This document shows, one piece after another, positions 18,578 to 28,690 of a stretch of DNA of 64,000 nt. The DNA is from Fimbriimonadales bacterium (GTDB taxonomy: Bacteria > Armatimonadota > Fimbriimonadia > Fimbriimonadales > ATM1), in assembly GCA_051003155.1 (NCBI GenBank), contig JBPCLO010000027.1, positions 1 to 64,000 of the forward strand, in the 5' to 3' direction. Position numbers and translations under genes: made by a program. The notes below the pieces were generated by a model. The model worked only from the letters and a program-made list of their open reading frames with translations. It did no database searches and was not told the DNA's origin. The number at the start of each line of letters is the position of its first letter. Position 1 is the stretch's first letter.

Positions 18578-19537
18578 ATGCTCTGGCGAACGCTCATCCC
18601 CCTCGGCGTGCTGCTGGCTGCCACCCTAGCCCAAGCAGACCTGCCTGATTACTTGAAGCTGCGCAGGAAATACGGCATCTCACAAGCCACAACAAGCCTC
18701 GCCCTCGATACGCTCGTCGGCGCCGCGGTCCTGGAGATTCGCGGCGAAGTCAAAGGCACCATCACGGTCGACGGCAAGACCAGCCTCCTCCTGAATGTGA
18801 AGGGAGCGGAGCCGATCACGGTCAAGGGCGAGAACGTCGAAGCTTGGCTGAAATACCCACAAGCCATCGCGCGCATGATCATCAAAGCGCGTCGCGCCAA
18901 CGAGTTCGCCCCGCTCGATGCGCAGCTTCTCGGCGCCGTCGAAGAGGGCGCGATGCGAGACTGGGAGGCCAAGCGAAAAGCCCCGCCCATCGCCACAGGG
19001 CGTCACATGCCCAAACCGGCCACCCGGGGCGGTTCGCCCAAGCGCGAGTGGAACATCGAGCCCAACGCCGCCGTGCCTGTTTACGCGGATTTCATCCAGG
19101 GCTACAACCCTCGCTTGAGCGAAGCGCAGGCCACCGAAATAGCGACCGGGATCATCGGCTTCAGCATAGAATTCGGAGTCGACGCTCGCCTGATCACGGC
19201 GATGGTGCTGGTGGAGAGCGGCTTCAATCCTTCGGCTACATCCCGGGCCGGCGCGATGGGCCTCGGCCAGTTGATGCCGGGAACGGCGCAAGGCTTAGGC
19301 GTGCGCGACGCGTACGACACGAACGAGAACCTTTGGGGCACGGTCCGCCTGATCCGGGGACACCTGGACAAGTACGCGACTTCGAATGACAGATACTCGG
19401 GGCTCGTCCTGGCTCTCGCTGCGTATAACGCAGGCGGAGGCGCGGTCAAACGCCACGGCGGCGTCCCGCCCTACCGCGAGACCAAGAACTACATCAAGAA
19501 GGTCACGGACTGGTACGACAAGCTGTGCGGCCGCTAA
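18578..19537 (+). CDS. Secreted lytic transglycosylase (SLT domain)
   Basis: Signal peptide; VES, ATSRAGAMGLGQLMP, ALAAYNAG, ETKNYI. Start is 18578 or 18557. Confidence 0.92.
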   Translation: MLWRTLIPLGVLLAATLAQADLPDYLKLRRKYGISQATTSLALDTLVGAAVLEIRGEVKGTITVDGKTSLLLNVKGAEPITVKGENVEAWLKYPQAIARMIIKARRANEFAPLDAQLLGAVEEGAMRDWEAKRKAPPIATGRHMPKPATRGGSPKREWNIEPNAAVPVYADFIQGYNPRLSEAQATEIATGIIGFSIEFGVDARLITAMVLVESGFNPSATSRAGAMGLGQLMPGTAQGLGVRDAYDTNENLWGTVRLIRGHLDKYATSNDRYSGLVLALAAYNAGGGAVKRHGGVPPYRETKNYIKKVTDWYDKLCGR

Positions 19538-19656
19538 GCGAAGGATCGGCTATCGTTCAATTAACCTCCGTCGATCCGATTCCTATGAGATTGGCCGGCT
19601 GCTGTGGCGGACTCGCTGCTCGTGACGGCAAACGCGCTGAGGCTGAGGCGGTAACC

Positions 19657-20046
19657 GTGCGCATATTGATCCCGATCGTAGCCTCGTTAGCGCTTTTGGG
19701 CTGTACTCCTGAAATGCCGGCCAAGAACGCGAAGCGCCCTCCGGGGCAGTCTGCGGATATGGTTCGCGAGACCTACAATGCGGCTCATGCCAAGGGGCGG
19801 GAGATTGCGAAGGCTAGTGGCCCGAACCAACCCGACAACGCGATCAAGAATAAGATTGCCGAAGGATTCAAACTCGTCGACGGCTTGAACGCGAAATCGA
19901 TCCAAGTCAGCGTAACGAAGGGAATCATAACCCTAAAGGGCACCGTGCCTTCGATGAACGACCGGCTGAAAGCGGAGGGCTTGGCTTATGGATTTGCAGG
20001 AAGCGGGAAAAAAGTGCAAAGCCTTCTGCAGGTCGTCCAGCCCTAA
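19657..20046 (+). CDS. BON-domain lipoprotein
   Basis: Lipobox LLGC; IQVSVTKGIITLKGTV BON pattern. Start at GTG 19657. Confidence 0.75.
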   Translation: MRILIPIVASLALLGCTPEMPAKNAKRPPGQSADMVRETYNAAHAKGREIAKASGPNQPDNAIKNKIAEGFKLVDGLNAKSIQVSVTKGIITLKGTVPSMNDRLKAEGLAYGFAGSGKKVQSLLQVVQP

Positions 20047-20085
20047 CTCAGCTTTCAGACGCCGCCCACGTGTAGAATTCGCAAC

Positions 20086-21594
20086 ATGAGTGCGCTCGAA
20101 CAGTTACGGGAGAAATTAAACGAAGTCAGCCGCCTTGGCCAAGCCGCAGCCGTTTTGGATTGGGACCAGCAGTGCTACATGCCGCCTGGTGGCGGAGAGG
20201 CCAGGGCCGAGCAAAGCGCCGTGATCCAAAAGGTGATCCACGAGAAGTTCACAAGCGACGATGTCGGCGAGCTTCTCGAACGGTCTGCATCCGAGCTGAA
20301 CGGTGCACCGGCGGACAGCGACGATGCCGCCCTCATCCGGATCACGAAAATGGATTTTGATCGGGAGACCAAGGTGCCGGGCGCGCTGGTAGCCGAACGG
20401 GCCAAAGCCACGTCTCTTGCCCACGAGGTTTGGGTAAAAGCGCGCAAAGAGAACGACTTCAAATCCTTCCAGCCCTGGCTCGAAAAGATCGTCGAAATCT
20501 GCCGACAGATTGCGGAGCATCGCGGCTACAAGGACCACATATACGACGCGCTACTCGAGGAATTCGAGCCGGGCACGCAAACCTCAGAAGTCGAACGCAT
20601 CTTCGCCGAACTCAGGCCCGGGCTCGTCAATCTCGTCCAACAAATTCATGATTCGGCGACGAACGTGGACAATTCGGTCATGTCACGCGAGTATCCGGTG
20701 GAAAAGCAGCTCGAGATCTGCAACGACCTTGTTAAGCGCATCGGGTTCGATTTCACGAACGGAAGACAGGATCAGGCGGCCCATCCTTTCTGCACGAACT
20801 TCTCGAACAACGATGTTCGGATCACCACCCGGTTCGACGCCCACTGGCTGCCGGGCAGCGTATTCGCATCGATGCACGAGGCCGGCCACGCGATGTACGA
20901 GCAAGGCTCGCCCGACAAATTCGAGGGAACGACCCTGTCAGGCGGCACCTCGCTCGGGTTTCACGAAAGCCAGTCGAGGATGTGGGAGAACCAGATCGGC
21001 CGGAGCCGCGCGTTTATCAACTACTACTTCCCTGTTCTCAGGGAGAAATTTCCGGATTCATTAGGTAGCGTAACCGCGGAGCAATTCTATTTGGCGGCGA
21101 ACAAAGTGGCACCATCCATGATCCGGGTGGAGGCCGACGAGGTCACCTACGGCCTTCACATCATGCTTCGCTTCGAACTCGAGAAATTGATGATCGAAGG
21201 CAAAGTGAAATTCTCGGACCTGCCGGAGCTTTGGAACGCCAAAATGCGGGAATACCTGGGCATCTCCCCGAAGGACGACGCTGAGGGCGTACTTCAGGAT
21301 GTCCACTGGTCCAGCGGCATCCTCGGATATTTCCCGACCTACCAACTCGGAAACTTGATTTCCGCGCAACTCTGGGAGAAGATGCAGGCAGCGATCCCCG
21401 ACATTTATTCGCAGATCGAGCGCGGGGAGTTTCAGCCGATTTTGGAGTGGCTCAGGAGCAACGTCCACCAGCACGGGCGAAAATACCTTCCCGGGGAACT
21501 GATCATGAGGATCACGGGCCGGCCGATTGAATCGGGTCCCTATATGAGCTACTTGCGCACGAAATACAAGGACACTTACGAACTCGGAGACTGA
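20086..21594 (+). CDS. Thermostable carboxypeptidase (M32)
   Basis: HPF, HEAGH, HESQSR, IRVEADE, GVLQDVHW, GYFPTY. Confidence 0.95.
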   Translation: MSALEQLREKLNEVSRLGQAAAVLDWDQQCYMPPGGGEARAEQSAVIQKVIHEKFTSDDVGELLERSASELNGAPADSDDAALIRITKMDFDRETKVPGALVAERAKATSLAHEVWVKARKENDFKSFQPWLEKIVEICRQIAEHRGYKDHIYDALLEEFEPGTQTSEVERIFAELRPGLVNLVQQIHDSATNVDNSVMSREYPVEKQLEICNDLVKRIGFDFTNGRQDQAAHPFCTNFSNNDVRITTRFDAHWLPGSVFASMHEAGHAMYEQGSPDKFEGTTLSGGTSLGFHESQSRMWENQIGRSRAFINYYFPVLREKFPDSLGSVTAEQFYLAANKVAPSMIRVEADEVTYGLHIMLRFELEKLMIEGKVKFSDLPELWNAKMREYLGISPKDDAEGVLQDVHWSSGILGYFPTYQLGNLISAQLWEKMQAAIPDIYSQIERGEFQPILEWLRSNVHQHGRKYLPGELIMRITGRPIESGPYMSYLRTKYKDTYELGD

Positions 21595-22274
21595 TGACTT
21601 CTAAGGAGGCGATTAAGGAGATCGAGCGATCGATCGAGATGCTACACCAGGCGGCGGATGGTCTCGCAGGCGGCCTTCCTGCGCTGAGAAAGGAGATCGA
21701 CGGCGGCGCCGAGGCAAAGGCGACTTTAGATAAGACGAGCCGCCTACTCTTGGAGGCGGAAAGTCAGCTGGCGAGCGCGTCCGCATCCCTTGGCGGTATT
21801 GAGGCGGCGGTGCTCGATTCTATGTCTGCCGCACGGGAGGGATTGCACGATCCGACCCTCTCACTCGAAACCCGACTGGAGGTAGTGCGGCTTTGCCAGA
21901 AGCTGTTCTCTAAACTCGCTTCCGCGGGTTTCGAGGTTGATATTCCCGAGATCGGCGCCCCTGTAAGCTTGGACAGGCACGCCGTTAAGGGCCGGGCGCG
22001 CAGCAAACTTGGCAAAGCGGAGGTCGCCGATGTCATCTCGTGGGGCTACCGGTTCCCGAGCGGACAAAGCCAGCTTGCGGAAGTTCTTGTTGGAGATGCT
22101 TCCTTGCGAGAGGAGGCCGAAGAGCCGGCAAAGCCCTCACCGCCAAGCAGGAAGTCAGGAATTGCCATGGTCATCGACGAAGACAGGGATCCGAGGGTCA
22201 AGAAGGCAGCGAAAGCCCCGGCGACTATGTTCGACCAACTCGCGGAAGCGGCCGAGCGGAACAAAGAGGATTGA
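21594..22274 (+). CDS. Hypothetical coiled-coil protein with a GrpE-like beta domain
   Basis: Helical N-terminus, then IPEIGAPVSLDRHAV...VADVISWGYRF...AEVLVG. Confidence 0.55.
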   Translation: MTSKEAIKEIERSIEMLHQAADGLAGGLPALRKEIDGGAEAKATLDKTSRLLLEAESQLASASASLGGIEAAVLDSMSAAREGLHDPTLSLETRLEVVRLCQKLFSKLASAGFEVDIPEIGAPVSLDRHAVKGRARSKLGKAEVADVISWGYRFPSGQSQLAEVLVGDASLREEAEEPAKPSPPSRKSGIAMVIDEDRDPRVKKAAKAPATMFDQLAEAAERNKED

Positions 22275-22864
22275 GGATCGTCCCCTGGGCCAAGGCGAGC
22301 CATCGATTTCTATCCAAAGACGAACTGCTGGCCAACGTCGTGATCGAAGAGGGCCCGCCTACGATCGGGCTCCCAAGCCACCCGTTCTCCATCTTGATCG
22401 AATCGATTGCGGGCCAGCAGCTCTCCGGTAAGGCGGCGGACGCGATCTTCGCGCGCGTGCAAGCGGCGGCGGGCGAAATTTCACCAGAAAGGCTGTTGGC
22501 GAGCGAGGAGGCGCTCAGCGGATCGTGCGGGCTCTCGCGGGCTAAGACGGGTACGATCCTCGCTTTATCGAGAGCAGCTGTGGATGGATTCGACTTGAAC
22601 CACCTAAACGGGGCGCCGGATGAACAAGTTTACGAGAGGCTAACGGAGTTCAAGGGAGTCGGACCCTGGACCGCAGAGATGTTCATGATCTTCGGGCTCG
22701 GGCGCCAAGACGTGATGTCGCCTGGCGACCTGGGGCTTCGACGGGGCTTAAAGGCAGCTTACGGCCTGGAAGACGTGCCGACGATCAAGGAATCGGGACC
22801 ACTATTCGAACGCTGGAGGCCCTACCGCAGCGCAGCGTGTTGGTATCTGTGGAAGATAACATGA
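22271..22864 (+). CDS. DNA-3-methyladenine glycosylase II (AlkA family)
   Basis: SIAGQQLS, GLSRAK, HhH KGVGPWTA, GDLG, WRPYRS. TTG start overlaps the upstream stop. Confidence 0.9.
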   Translation: MRIVPWAKASHRFLSKDELLANVVIEEGPPTIGLPSHPFSILIESIAGQQLSGKAADAIFARVQAAAGEISPERLLASEEALSGSCGLSRAKTGTILALSRAAVDGFDLNHLNGAPDEQVYERLTEFKGVGPWTAEMFMIFGLGRQDVMSPGDLGLRRGLKAAYGLEDVPTIKESGPLFERWRPYRSAACWYLWKIT

Positions 22865-22865
22865 C

Positions 22866-22988
22866 AATCGATCCCAAAATACGTGAAGGATCAACGTCCT
22901 TAGCAGCCGACTACAAGTGGGGTGAAAGAGGGGGCTGGGAGCTTCCCTGCTCCGTCCTCCGTTACCACCTAAATCCTTGGTGACAGCC
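22866..22988 (-). ncRNA. Candidate small RNA with multiple ANGGA motifs (CsrB/RsmZ-like)
   Basis: Lies downstream of TTGCTT-N18-TATAAT; five ANGGA motifs, two in hairpin loops; 3' hairpin. Confidence 0.45.
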
Positions 22989-22993
22989 TCCTT

Positions 22994-23023
22994 ATTATAG
23001 ACGCCTAAATGCCGCAAAAGCAA
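22994..23023 (-). promoter_or_regulatory. Sigma-70 promoter TTGCTT-N18-TATAAT
   Basis: Perfect -10 at 22999-22994 and -35 at 23023-23018, with no substantial ORF downstream. Confidence 0.55.
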
Positions 23024-23036
23024 CAAATGCGGGCGT

Positions 23037-23408
23037 CTAGCGTGATACGAGTAGGCCTTCGGACCTAGGCAGCCTCGTATGAACCACGTTGAGCAGGTGG
23101 ATCGGGCCTTGCTCTTTGGTCCAAATCGATTCCTGTCGATTCAGAAAAACGCAATAGACGGGTTTCGAATCCGGATCGCGGTGCCATCCGTTTGTTCCGC
23201 GCCCGGTAATCAGTAACACGTAGCACGAAGCGGGTATTTGCACCTCATCGGAAAATGCAAATGTATTATCATGGCTTCCTGCGCAAATCGCGTCTTCATT
23301 GGCGATCATGTGGCCTTTAAGTCCAATCTTCAATCCTCCATGGTTTTGTAAGACGATATATTCGTTTTGAGTATCCGGGTTTCGATGGACTTCGACTATT
23401 CGCAGCAT
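23037..23408 (-). CDS. Lamin-tail-domain-like small protein
   Basis: EYIVLQNHG...LKGH...FAF...VLLITGRGTN...IW pattern. Confidence 0.6.
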   Translation of the reverse strand: MLRIVEVHRNPDTQNEYIVLQNHGGLKIGLKGHMIANEDAICAGSHDNTFAFSDEVQIPASCYVLLITGRGTNGWHRDPDSKPVYCVFLNRQESIWTKEQGPIHLLNVVHTRLPRSEGLLVSR

Positions 23409-23535
23409 GATTTATCCGCTCTTATTTATTTTGACGCAACAGATGCCGGAAAGCCGCTATTTATTTAATCAATTTTTAGGATTCCGGGCGTGGATATCGA
23501 GTGGATAATCGAAAATCCCGCGCCCGAAGCGCGAT

Positions 23536-26500
23536 TTAGCTGCAGCCGCTGGTCGACCCACAGCTATCGCATTTGAGGCAAGTACCGTTACGCACCATCG
23601 TGAACTGGCCGCACTCCGAGCAGGGATCGCCTTCGTAGCCCTTGATTTTCGCGGCCCTGACCTTCTGTGCGAGTTCCCCACCCTGGCCAACATCGTAGGT
23701 GTCAGGCTCAGAGGGTCTTTTAATAAGATTAGCAAGAAAACCTACACTTTCGTTAGCCTGCGCAGCCTGGCCCGGAATGGTACCGTTGTGCTCTTCGGAC
23801 ACCACTTCCTCCTCTACGAATTCGGGCTCCTGTTGCGGCTTGCCGACCGTGTCCGAGCGCAAGTCTTCCTGCGAAACTTGAACAAAATCGCTCCTGCCCA
23901 GGTATGTGACCGCCAACTCTCTGAAGATGTAGTCGATTACCGAAGTCGACATCTTGATCTGCTCGTTGCCGGCAACCATGCCATTAGGTTCGAACCTCGT
24001 GAAAACGAACGCATCGACGAACTCTTCTAACGGCACCCCATATTGAAGCCCGAGCGAAATCGCGATCGCGAAGCAGTTCATCAGGCTTCGGAACGCTGCG
24101 CCTTCGCGGTGCATGTCCACAAAGATCTCGCCGAGTGAGCCGTCCACGTATTCTCCAGTGCGCAGATACACCTTGTGGCCGCCCACCCGGGCCTTCTGCG
24201 TGTAGCCTCGCCGACGGCTGGGCAACAAGTGCCTCTTCGCGATGTATCGGTAAACCAGCTTCTGCGCGGCCCGAGTCGTTTCGCTTGAGGCGGGGTCGAT
24301 TTCCATAATCGCTGCGGCAGCTTCGTCGGCGGCCGTGTTCAGCGGCTGACTTAGCTTGCTTCCGTCGCGATAAAGCGCGTTGGCCTTCAGCGCCAGCTTC
24401 CCACTCAAGGTATAAGCATCGCTGATCTCGGAGACGGTCGCCTCGTTGGGAAGATTGATCGTCTTGCTGATAGCGCCTGAAAGGAACGGCTGTGCGGCGG
24501 CCATCGCCCGGATGTGGCCTTCCGTCGAAATGAACCTCTTGCCCGATTTGCCACACCGGTTCGCGCAATCGAAGACCGGGTAGTGCTCGATCTTCAAGTG
24601 CGGCGCGCCCTCGACGGTCATCGTTCCGCAACAGTAGGTGTTTGCCTGCTCAACGGCCTCCCTACTAAAGCCCAAGGCATCCAGCATATTGAAGCCCCAA
24701 TCGTCGAGCTGGGCATCCGTAAACCCGAGGTTCTCGACGCAGAACTCGCGTCCAAGAACGTAAGGATTGAAAGCGAACTGGAGTTCGAACGCCGATTCAA
24801 GAGCCTGCTCCAGCTTTTCGAGGGCCTCGTCCGTAAATCCCTGCTCGCAAAGCTCGGGGTGCGAAATCTGCGGCGCGCCAACGAGCGTTCCTTGGCCAAC
24901 GCAATAATTGACAATGTCTTCGATTTGCTCCACGTTGTATCCGAGCTTCGAAAGCGCGAGCGGGATCGACTGGTTGATGATCTTGAAATAGCCGCCTCCC
25001 GCCAGCTTCTTGAACTTCACAAGTGCAAAGTCCGGTTCGATGCCGGTCGTGTCGCAGTCCATGACGAGCCCAATGGTCCCGGTCGGGGCGAGCACGGTGA
25101 CCTGTGCGTTTCGGAAGCCGTGCGCTTCGCCGAGCCTCAAAGCCTCGTCCCAAGATTCGCGCGCGGCCTTCAGGAGGTCGGTCGGGCATTCGTCCGGATC
25201 GATTCCGACCGGCGTCACCGACAACCCTTCGTAGTCGTTGGCGTTGTAGGCCGCCCTGCGATGGTTGCGAATCACGCGGAGCATGTGCTCTTTGTTGCGG
25301 GCATATCCGTTGAATGCCCCCAGCTCTCTGGCCATTTCGGAGGACACGGCATAGCACTCGCCTCCCAGAATCGAGGTCAATGCGCCGGTAATCGATTGGC
25401 CCTCGCTGCTCGCATACGGCATTGCCATGCGCATCAGCAGCGCACCGAGATTCGCATAGCCCAAGCCGAGAGTTCGGTACCTGTAGGAGAGTTCGGCGAT
25501 CTCTCGGCTGGGGAACTGGGCCATCAGGACGCTAATTTCGAGGACGATCGTCCAAAGCCGAATCGCGTGGCGATAGCCCTCAATGTCGAACTTGCCGGAC
25601 TCGTCGTCGTAAAACTTGACCAAGTTCAGGCTTGCCAAGTTGCAAGCGGTGTCGTCGAGGAACATGTACTCGCTGCACGGATTGCTCGCACGAATAGGGC
25701 CGTCGGCAGGGCATGTGTGCCACTCGTTGATCGTCGTGTTGTACTGAATCCCCGGGTCTGCGCTCGCCCAGGCCGAATAGCAGATATCCTCCCACAGATC
25801 GGCGGCGTTCACCTTCTTGGCGACCTTGCCGGTTGTGCGCCATTTCAGTTCGTAGTCTCCGCCACTTTCCGCCGCGCGCAGGAACGCGTCGTCAACACGT
25901 ACCGAATTGTTTGAGTTTTGTCCGCTAACTGTCAAATAAGCGTCGCTGTCCCAGTTCAGGTCGTACGTTGGAAACTCGATGGATTGGTAGCCAGATTCGG
26001 CGAGCTGCAGAGCCCGCTGAATGTAGTTGAGGGGAATCATCGCCGACTTAGCGTCCGCGATGGCCGCCTTCAAGCGGCCGTTTTTCCGTGGATCAAATCG
26101 CTCCGGTTCCTCGGGACACTCGTGGCACGATTTCATGATCGCATTGAGGTGCAGGTTGTTGAGCTTCGAGCCAGTGACCAACGAGGCGACCTTCTGCTCT
26201 TCGATCACCTTCCACTTGACGAACGTCTCGATATCCGGATGATCGACGTCGAGGCAGACCATCTTTGCAGCTCTTCGGGTTGTTCCACCGGACTTCACCG
26301 CACCCGCGCTTCGGTCACCGACCCGCAGGAAGGACATGAGCCCCGACGACTTGCCGCCGCCGCTCAGGGGCTCACCATCTGCCCTCAGATCTGAAAAGTT
26401 CGATCCCACACCGCTGCCGTACTTGAAAATGCGGGCTTCCCGCGTCCACAGGTCCATGATCCCCCCGGGATTTACGAGGTCGTCTTTGATCGAGAGAATA

Positions 26501-27015
26501 AAGCACGCATGTGGCTGTGGCCTTTCGTATGCGTTCTCACTCTTTATGGCTTCGCCGGTCTTGGGGTCGACGTACCAGTGTCCCTGCGGAGGCCCCTCGA
26601 TGTTGTAAGCAAAGTGCAATCCCGTATTGAACCACTGTGGGCTGTTCGGGGCTGCGATCTGCCTGGCGAGCATGTAACGGAGCTCGTCGTAAAACGCCTG
26701 GGCATCGTCCTCGCTGTCGAAATACCCGTGGCTTTGTCCCCAATGCCGCCAGCAGCCGGCCATCCGGTGGAATACTTCGCCTGAGTCGGTCTCGCCGCCG
26801 AGGGAAGCGTTTTCTTGAGGAACACCTGCCTTTCGGAAATACTTTTGAGCGATGATGTCGGTCGCCACCTGCGACCATTCGCTCGGAACCCTCACGTCCT
26901 CCATCGAGAAGACGGTGGAGCCGTCCGGATTTCGAATCTCGGATTTTCTGCCGACGAACTCGATTCCTTCGTAAGCGTCCTGTCCAGCAACCGTGTAATA
27001 CCTGTCAATCTTCAT
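23536..27015 (-). CDS. nrdJ: Class II (B12-dependent) ribonucleotide reductase
   Basis: [38 protein letters not shown]-terminal Zn ribbon CSEC...CDSC. Confidence 0.96.
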   Translation of the reverse strand: MKIDRYYTVAGQDAYEGIEFVGRKSEIRNPDGSTVFSMEDVRVPSEWSQVATDIIAQKYFRKAGVPQENASLGGETDSGEVFHRMAGCWRHWGQSHGYFDSEDDAQAFYDELRYMLARQIAAPNSPQWFNTGLHFAYNIEGPPQGHWYVDPKTGEAIKSENAYERPQPHACFILSIKDDLVNPGGIMDLWTREARIFKYGSGVGSNFSDLRADGEPLSGGGKSSGLMSFLRVGDRSAGAVKSGGTTRRAAKMVCLDVDHPDIETFVKWKVIEEQKVASLVTGSKLNNLHLNAIMKSCHECPEEPERFDPRKNGRLKAAIADAKSAMIPLNYIQRALQLAESGYQSIEFPTYDLNWDSDAYLTVSGQNSNNSVRVDDAFLRAAESGGDYELKWRTTGKVAKKVNAADLWEDICYSAWASADPGIQYNTTINEWHTCPADGPIRASNPCSEYMFLDDTACNLASLNLVKFYDDESGKFDIEGYRHAIRLWTIVLEISVLMAQFPSREIAELSYRYRTLGLGYANLGALLMRMAMPYASSEGQSITGALTSILGGECYAVSSEMARELGAFNGYARNKEHMLRVIRNHRRAAYNANDYEGLSVTPVGIDPDECPTDLLKAARESWDEALRLGEAHGFRNAQVTVLAPTGTIGLVMDCDTTGIEPDFALVKFKKLAGGGYFKIINQSIPLALSKLGYNVEQIEDIVNYCVGQGTLVGAPQISHPELCEQGFTDEALEKLEQALESAFELQFAFNPYVLGREFCVENLGFTDAQLDDWGFNMLDALGFSREAVEQANTYCCGTMTVEGAPHLKIEHYPVFDCANRCGKSGKRFISTEGHIRAMAAAQPFLSGAISKTINLPNEATVSEISDAYTLSGKLALKANALYRDGSKLSQPLNTAADEAAAAIMEIDPASSETTRAAQKLVYRYIAKRHLLPSRRRGYTQKARVGGHKVYLRTGEYVDGSLGEIFVDMHREGAAFRSLMNCFAIAISLGLQYGVPLEEFVDAFVFTRFEPNGMVAGNEQIKMSTSVIDYIFRELAVTYLGRSDFVQVSQEDLRSDTVGKPQQEPEFVEEEVVSEEHNGTIPGQAAQANESVGFLANLIKRPSEPDTYDVGQGGELAQKVRAAKIKGYEGDPCSECGQFTMVRNGTCLKCDSCGSTSGCS

Positions 27016-27032
27016 TGTTCATGCCTCCCCTC

Positions 27033-27509
27033 TTATCGCGCATCGACGGGCGCGCGCTTCCGCTTTTGGAAAGAAGCGATGAAATCCCGAAACTCGGCCG
27101 CGTCTTGGAAGTCGCGATATACGCTCGCGAAGCGCACATAGGCCACGTGATCGATTTCGTATAGCCTGTCCAACACCATCTCTCCGATCAGGTTCGAGGG
27201 GAGTTCGGATTCGGGCGTATCCGACGTTCTCCTCTCTAGATCCTCGGCGGCGCTGCGCAGGATGGCTGTCGGCACCGGCCTCTTTCGACAGGCCACCTCC
27301 ATGCTCGACAGGATCTTCTCTCGGCTGAACGGCTCTCGCCGTCCGTCCTTCTTTACGATTACCGGAAGCCTCTCCACGATCTCTTCGAACGTCGTATATC
27401 TCCGCGTGCACCGTAGGCATTCACGCCGGCGCCGTATCGCGCCGCCCTCCCTGGCAGACCTGCTTTCGATGACTTTATCTTCCTCGAAGCCGCAAAATGG
27501 GCACTTCAT
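27033..27509 (-). CDS. nrdR: Transcriptional repressor NrdR
   Basis: MKCPFC, IRRRRECLRC, ATP cone, AYVRFASVY. Confidence 0.97.
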   Translation of the reverse strand: MKCPFCGFEEDKVIESRSAREGGAIRRRRECLRCTRRYTTFEEIVERLPVIVKKDGRREPFSREKILSSMEVACRKRPVPTAILRSAAEDLERRTSDTPESELPSNLIGEMVLDRLYEIDHVAYVRFASVYRDFQDAAEFRDFIASFQKRKRAPVDAR

Positions 27510-27534
27510 TGCTTCTTACCATTATACCTTGAAG

Positions 27535-27584
27535 CCACAAGATATGGTGTACAAAGATAGTGTGCATCCCCATATATCTGGCGT
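27535..27584. promoter_or_regulatory. Tandem NrdR boxes upstream of nrdR-nrdJ
   Basis: CCACAAGATATGGTGT (27535-27550) fits acaCwAtATaTwGtgt. A weaker copy lies about 32-34 bp away (27567-27584). TATAAT is on the minus strand at 27526-27521. Confidence 0.7.
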
Positions 27585-27665
27585 CAAGGGTTATGACGGT
27601 GGACAACGATGGAAGTTGTCGTGGATTTCTTGGGGAAAATTCCGTCGGAGCAGACGCATTGGAAA

Positions 27666-27742
27666 TGGTCGGGGCGACAGGATTCGAACCTGCGACCTGC
27701 TGGTCCCAAACCAGCCGCGCTACCAAGCTGCGCCACGCCCCG
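27666..27742 (-). tRNA. tRNA-Pro(TGG)
   Basis: Reverse complement CGGGGCG...GCTGG-TT-TGG-GA-CCAGC...GTTCGAATC...CGCCCCGACCA. Confidence 0.97.
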
Positions 27743-27849
27743 GGGAACATGAAGTGTACCTCCGACCAGAACGACCAAGACGGCTTCCGGATGTTGCCAT
27801 GAGGCCTAGTGCGGCGCCCGCTTCCTTTAAGGTACATTTAACGCGTTAT

Positions 27850-27926
<77 letters not shown>

Positions 27927-27957
27927 CTCTGGCCGGCTTAGGTACAGTGCGCAAAGC

Positions 27958-28686
27958 ATGCGCGCCCTACTTCTCCTACCAGTTTGCGCATTGGTGGGAT
28001 GCGGCACGCGCGATTCCGAGGGCGGCAAGCTCACGGTTTTTGCGGCAGCGTCCCTCAAGGAAGCTTTCAGTGAGATCGGCCTGGACCTCGACGGAGTGGA
28101 AGTAATGTTCAATTTCGCGGGGTCGAATCAGCTCGCCAGCCAGATTTCACGTGGCGCGCCTGCGGACGTCTTCGCGAGCGCGGATTTCAAGGCCATCGAA
28201 TCTGCGCGGCTTGCCGATCCTGAAAAAGCAAACCCGTTCGCGCACAACTATCTGGTTATCGTCGTTCCCAAAAACGATGCCAAGATTGGTATGTATGAGA
28301 ACCTGGCAAACCCGGGGATCAAATTGGCAATCGCGGCAAAGGGGGTGCCCGCGGGAAATTATGCTCGGGAGTTTCTCGACAAGGCTAGCGCGGGGTACCG
28401 CAACAGCGTTTTGAAGAATGTCGCCACGGAAGAAGAAAATGTGCGGGCTGTCGTGACGAAGGTTTCCCTTGGTGAAGTGGACGCCGGAATTGTCTACAAA
28501 AGTGACGCTAAACCGACGGATAATGTGCGCATTGTGGTAATTCCACCGAATCTGAATGTTCGCGTGACCTATTTTATTATCGCCGGGTCGACAAGCGAGT
28601 TCTCGGCCAAATTCATCGATTTAGTGCTGTCGGCTCGAGGACAAGGAATACTCGAAAAACACGGACTCGTTCCCGTTTCAAAATAA
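27958..28686 (+). CDS. modA: Molybdate ABC transporter substrate-binding lipoprotein
   Basis: Lipobox, FAAASL, FAGSNQLA, ADVFASA, VPAGNY, DAGIVYKSD. Confidence 0.92.
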   Translation: MRALLLLPVCALVGCGTRDSEGGKLTVFAAASLKEAFSEIGLDLDGVEVMFNFAGSNQLASQISRGAPADVFASADFKAIESARLADPEKANPFAHNYLVIVVPKNDAKIGMYENLANPGIKLAIAAKGVPAGNYAREFLDKASAGYRNSVLKNVATEEENVRAVVTKVSLGEVDAGIVYKSDAKPTDNVRIVVIPPNLNVRVTYFIIAGSTSEFSAKFIDLVLSARGQGILEKHGLVPVSK

Positions 28687-28690
28687 ACGC

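Noticed and set aside
22866..22990. SRP RNA or 6S RNA identity for the sRNA candidate
   Set aside because: It lacks the SRP helix-8 CAGG-GNRA-GCAGC motif and the long rod with a central bubble typical of 6S.
23485..23526. Rho-independent terminator after nrdJ
   Set aside because: An imperfect GC stem exists, but it has a large loop and no U-tract on the minus strand.
24514..25914. Long antisense ORFs (466 aa here; also 51475-52479, 43707-44654, 47309-48157)
   Set aside because: Shadow frames of well-supported genes in GC-rich DNA, with no recognisable motifs.
23536..27015. Intein or intron in nrdJ, or an upstream cobalamin riboswitch
   Set aside because: RNR motifs are continuous with no splice-junction or homing endonuclease motifs seen. 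Only 17 bp separate nrdR and nrdJ, and no B12 box was recognised.
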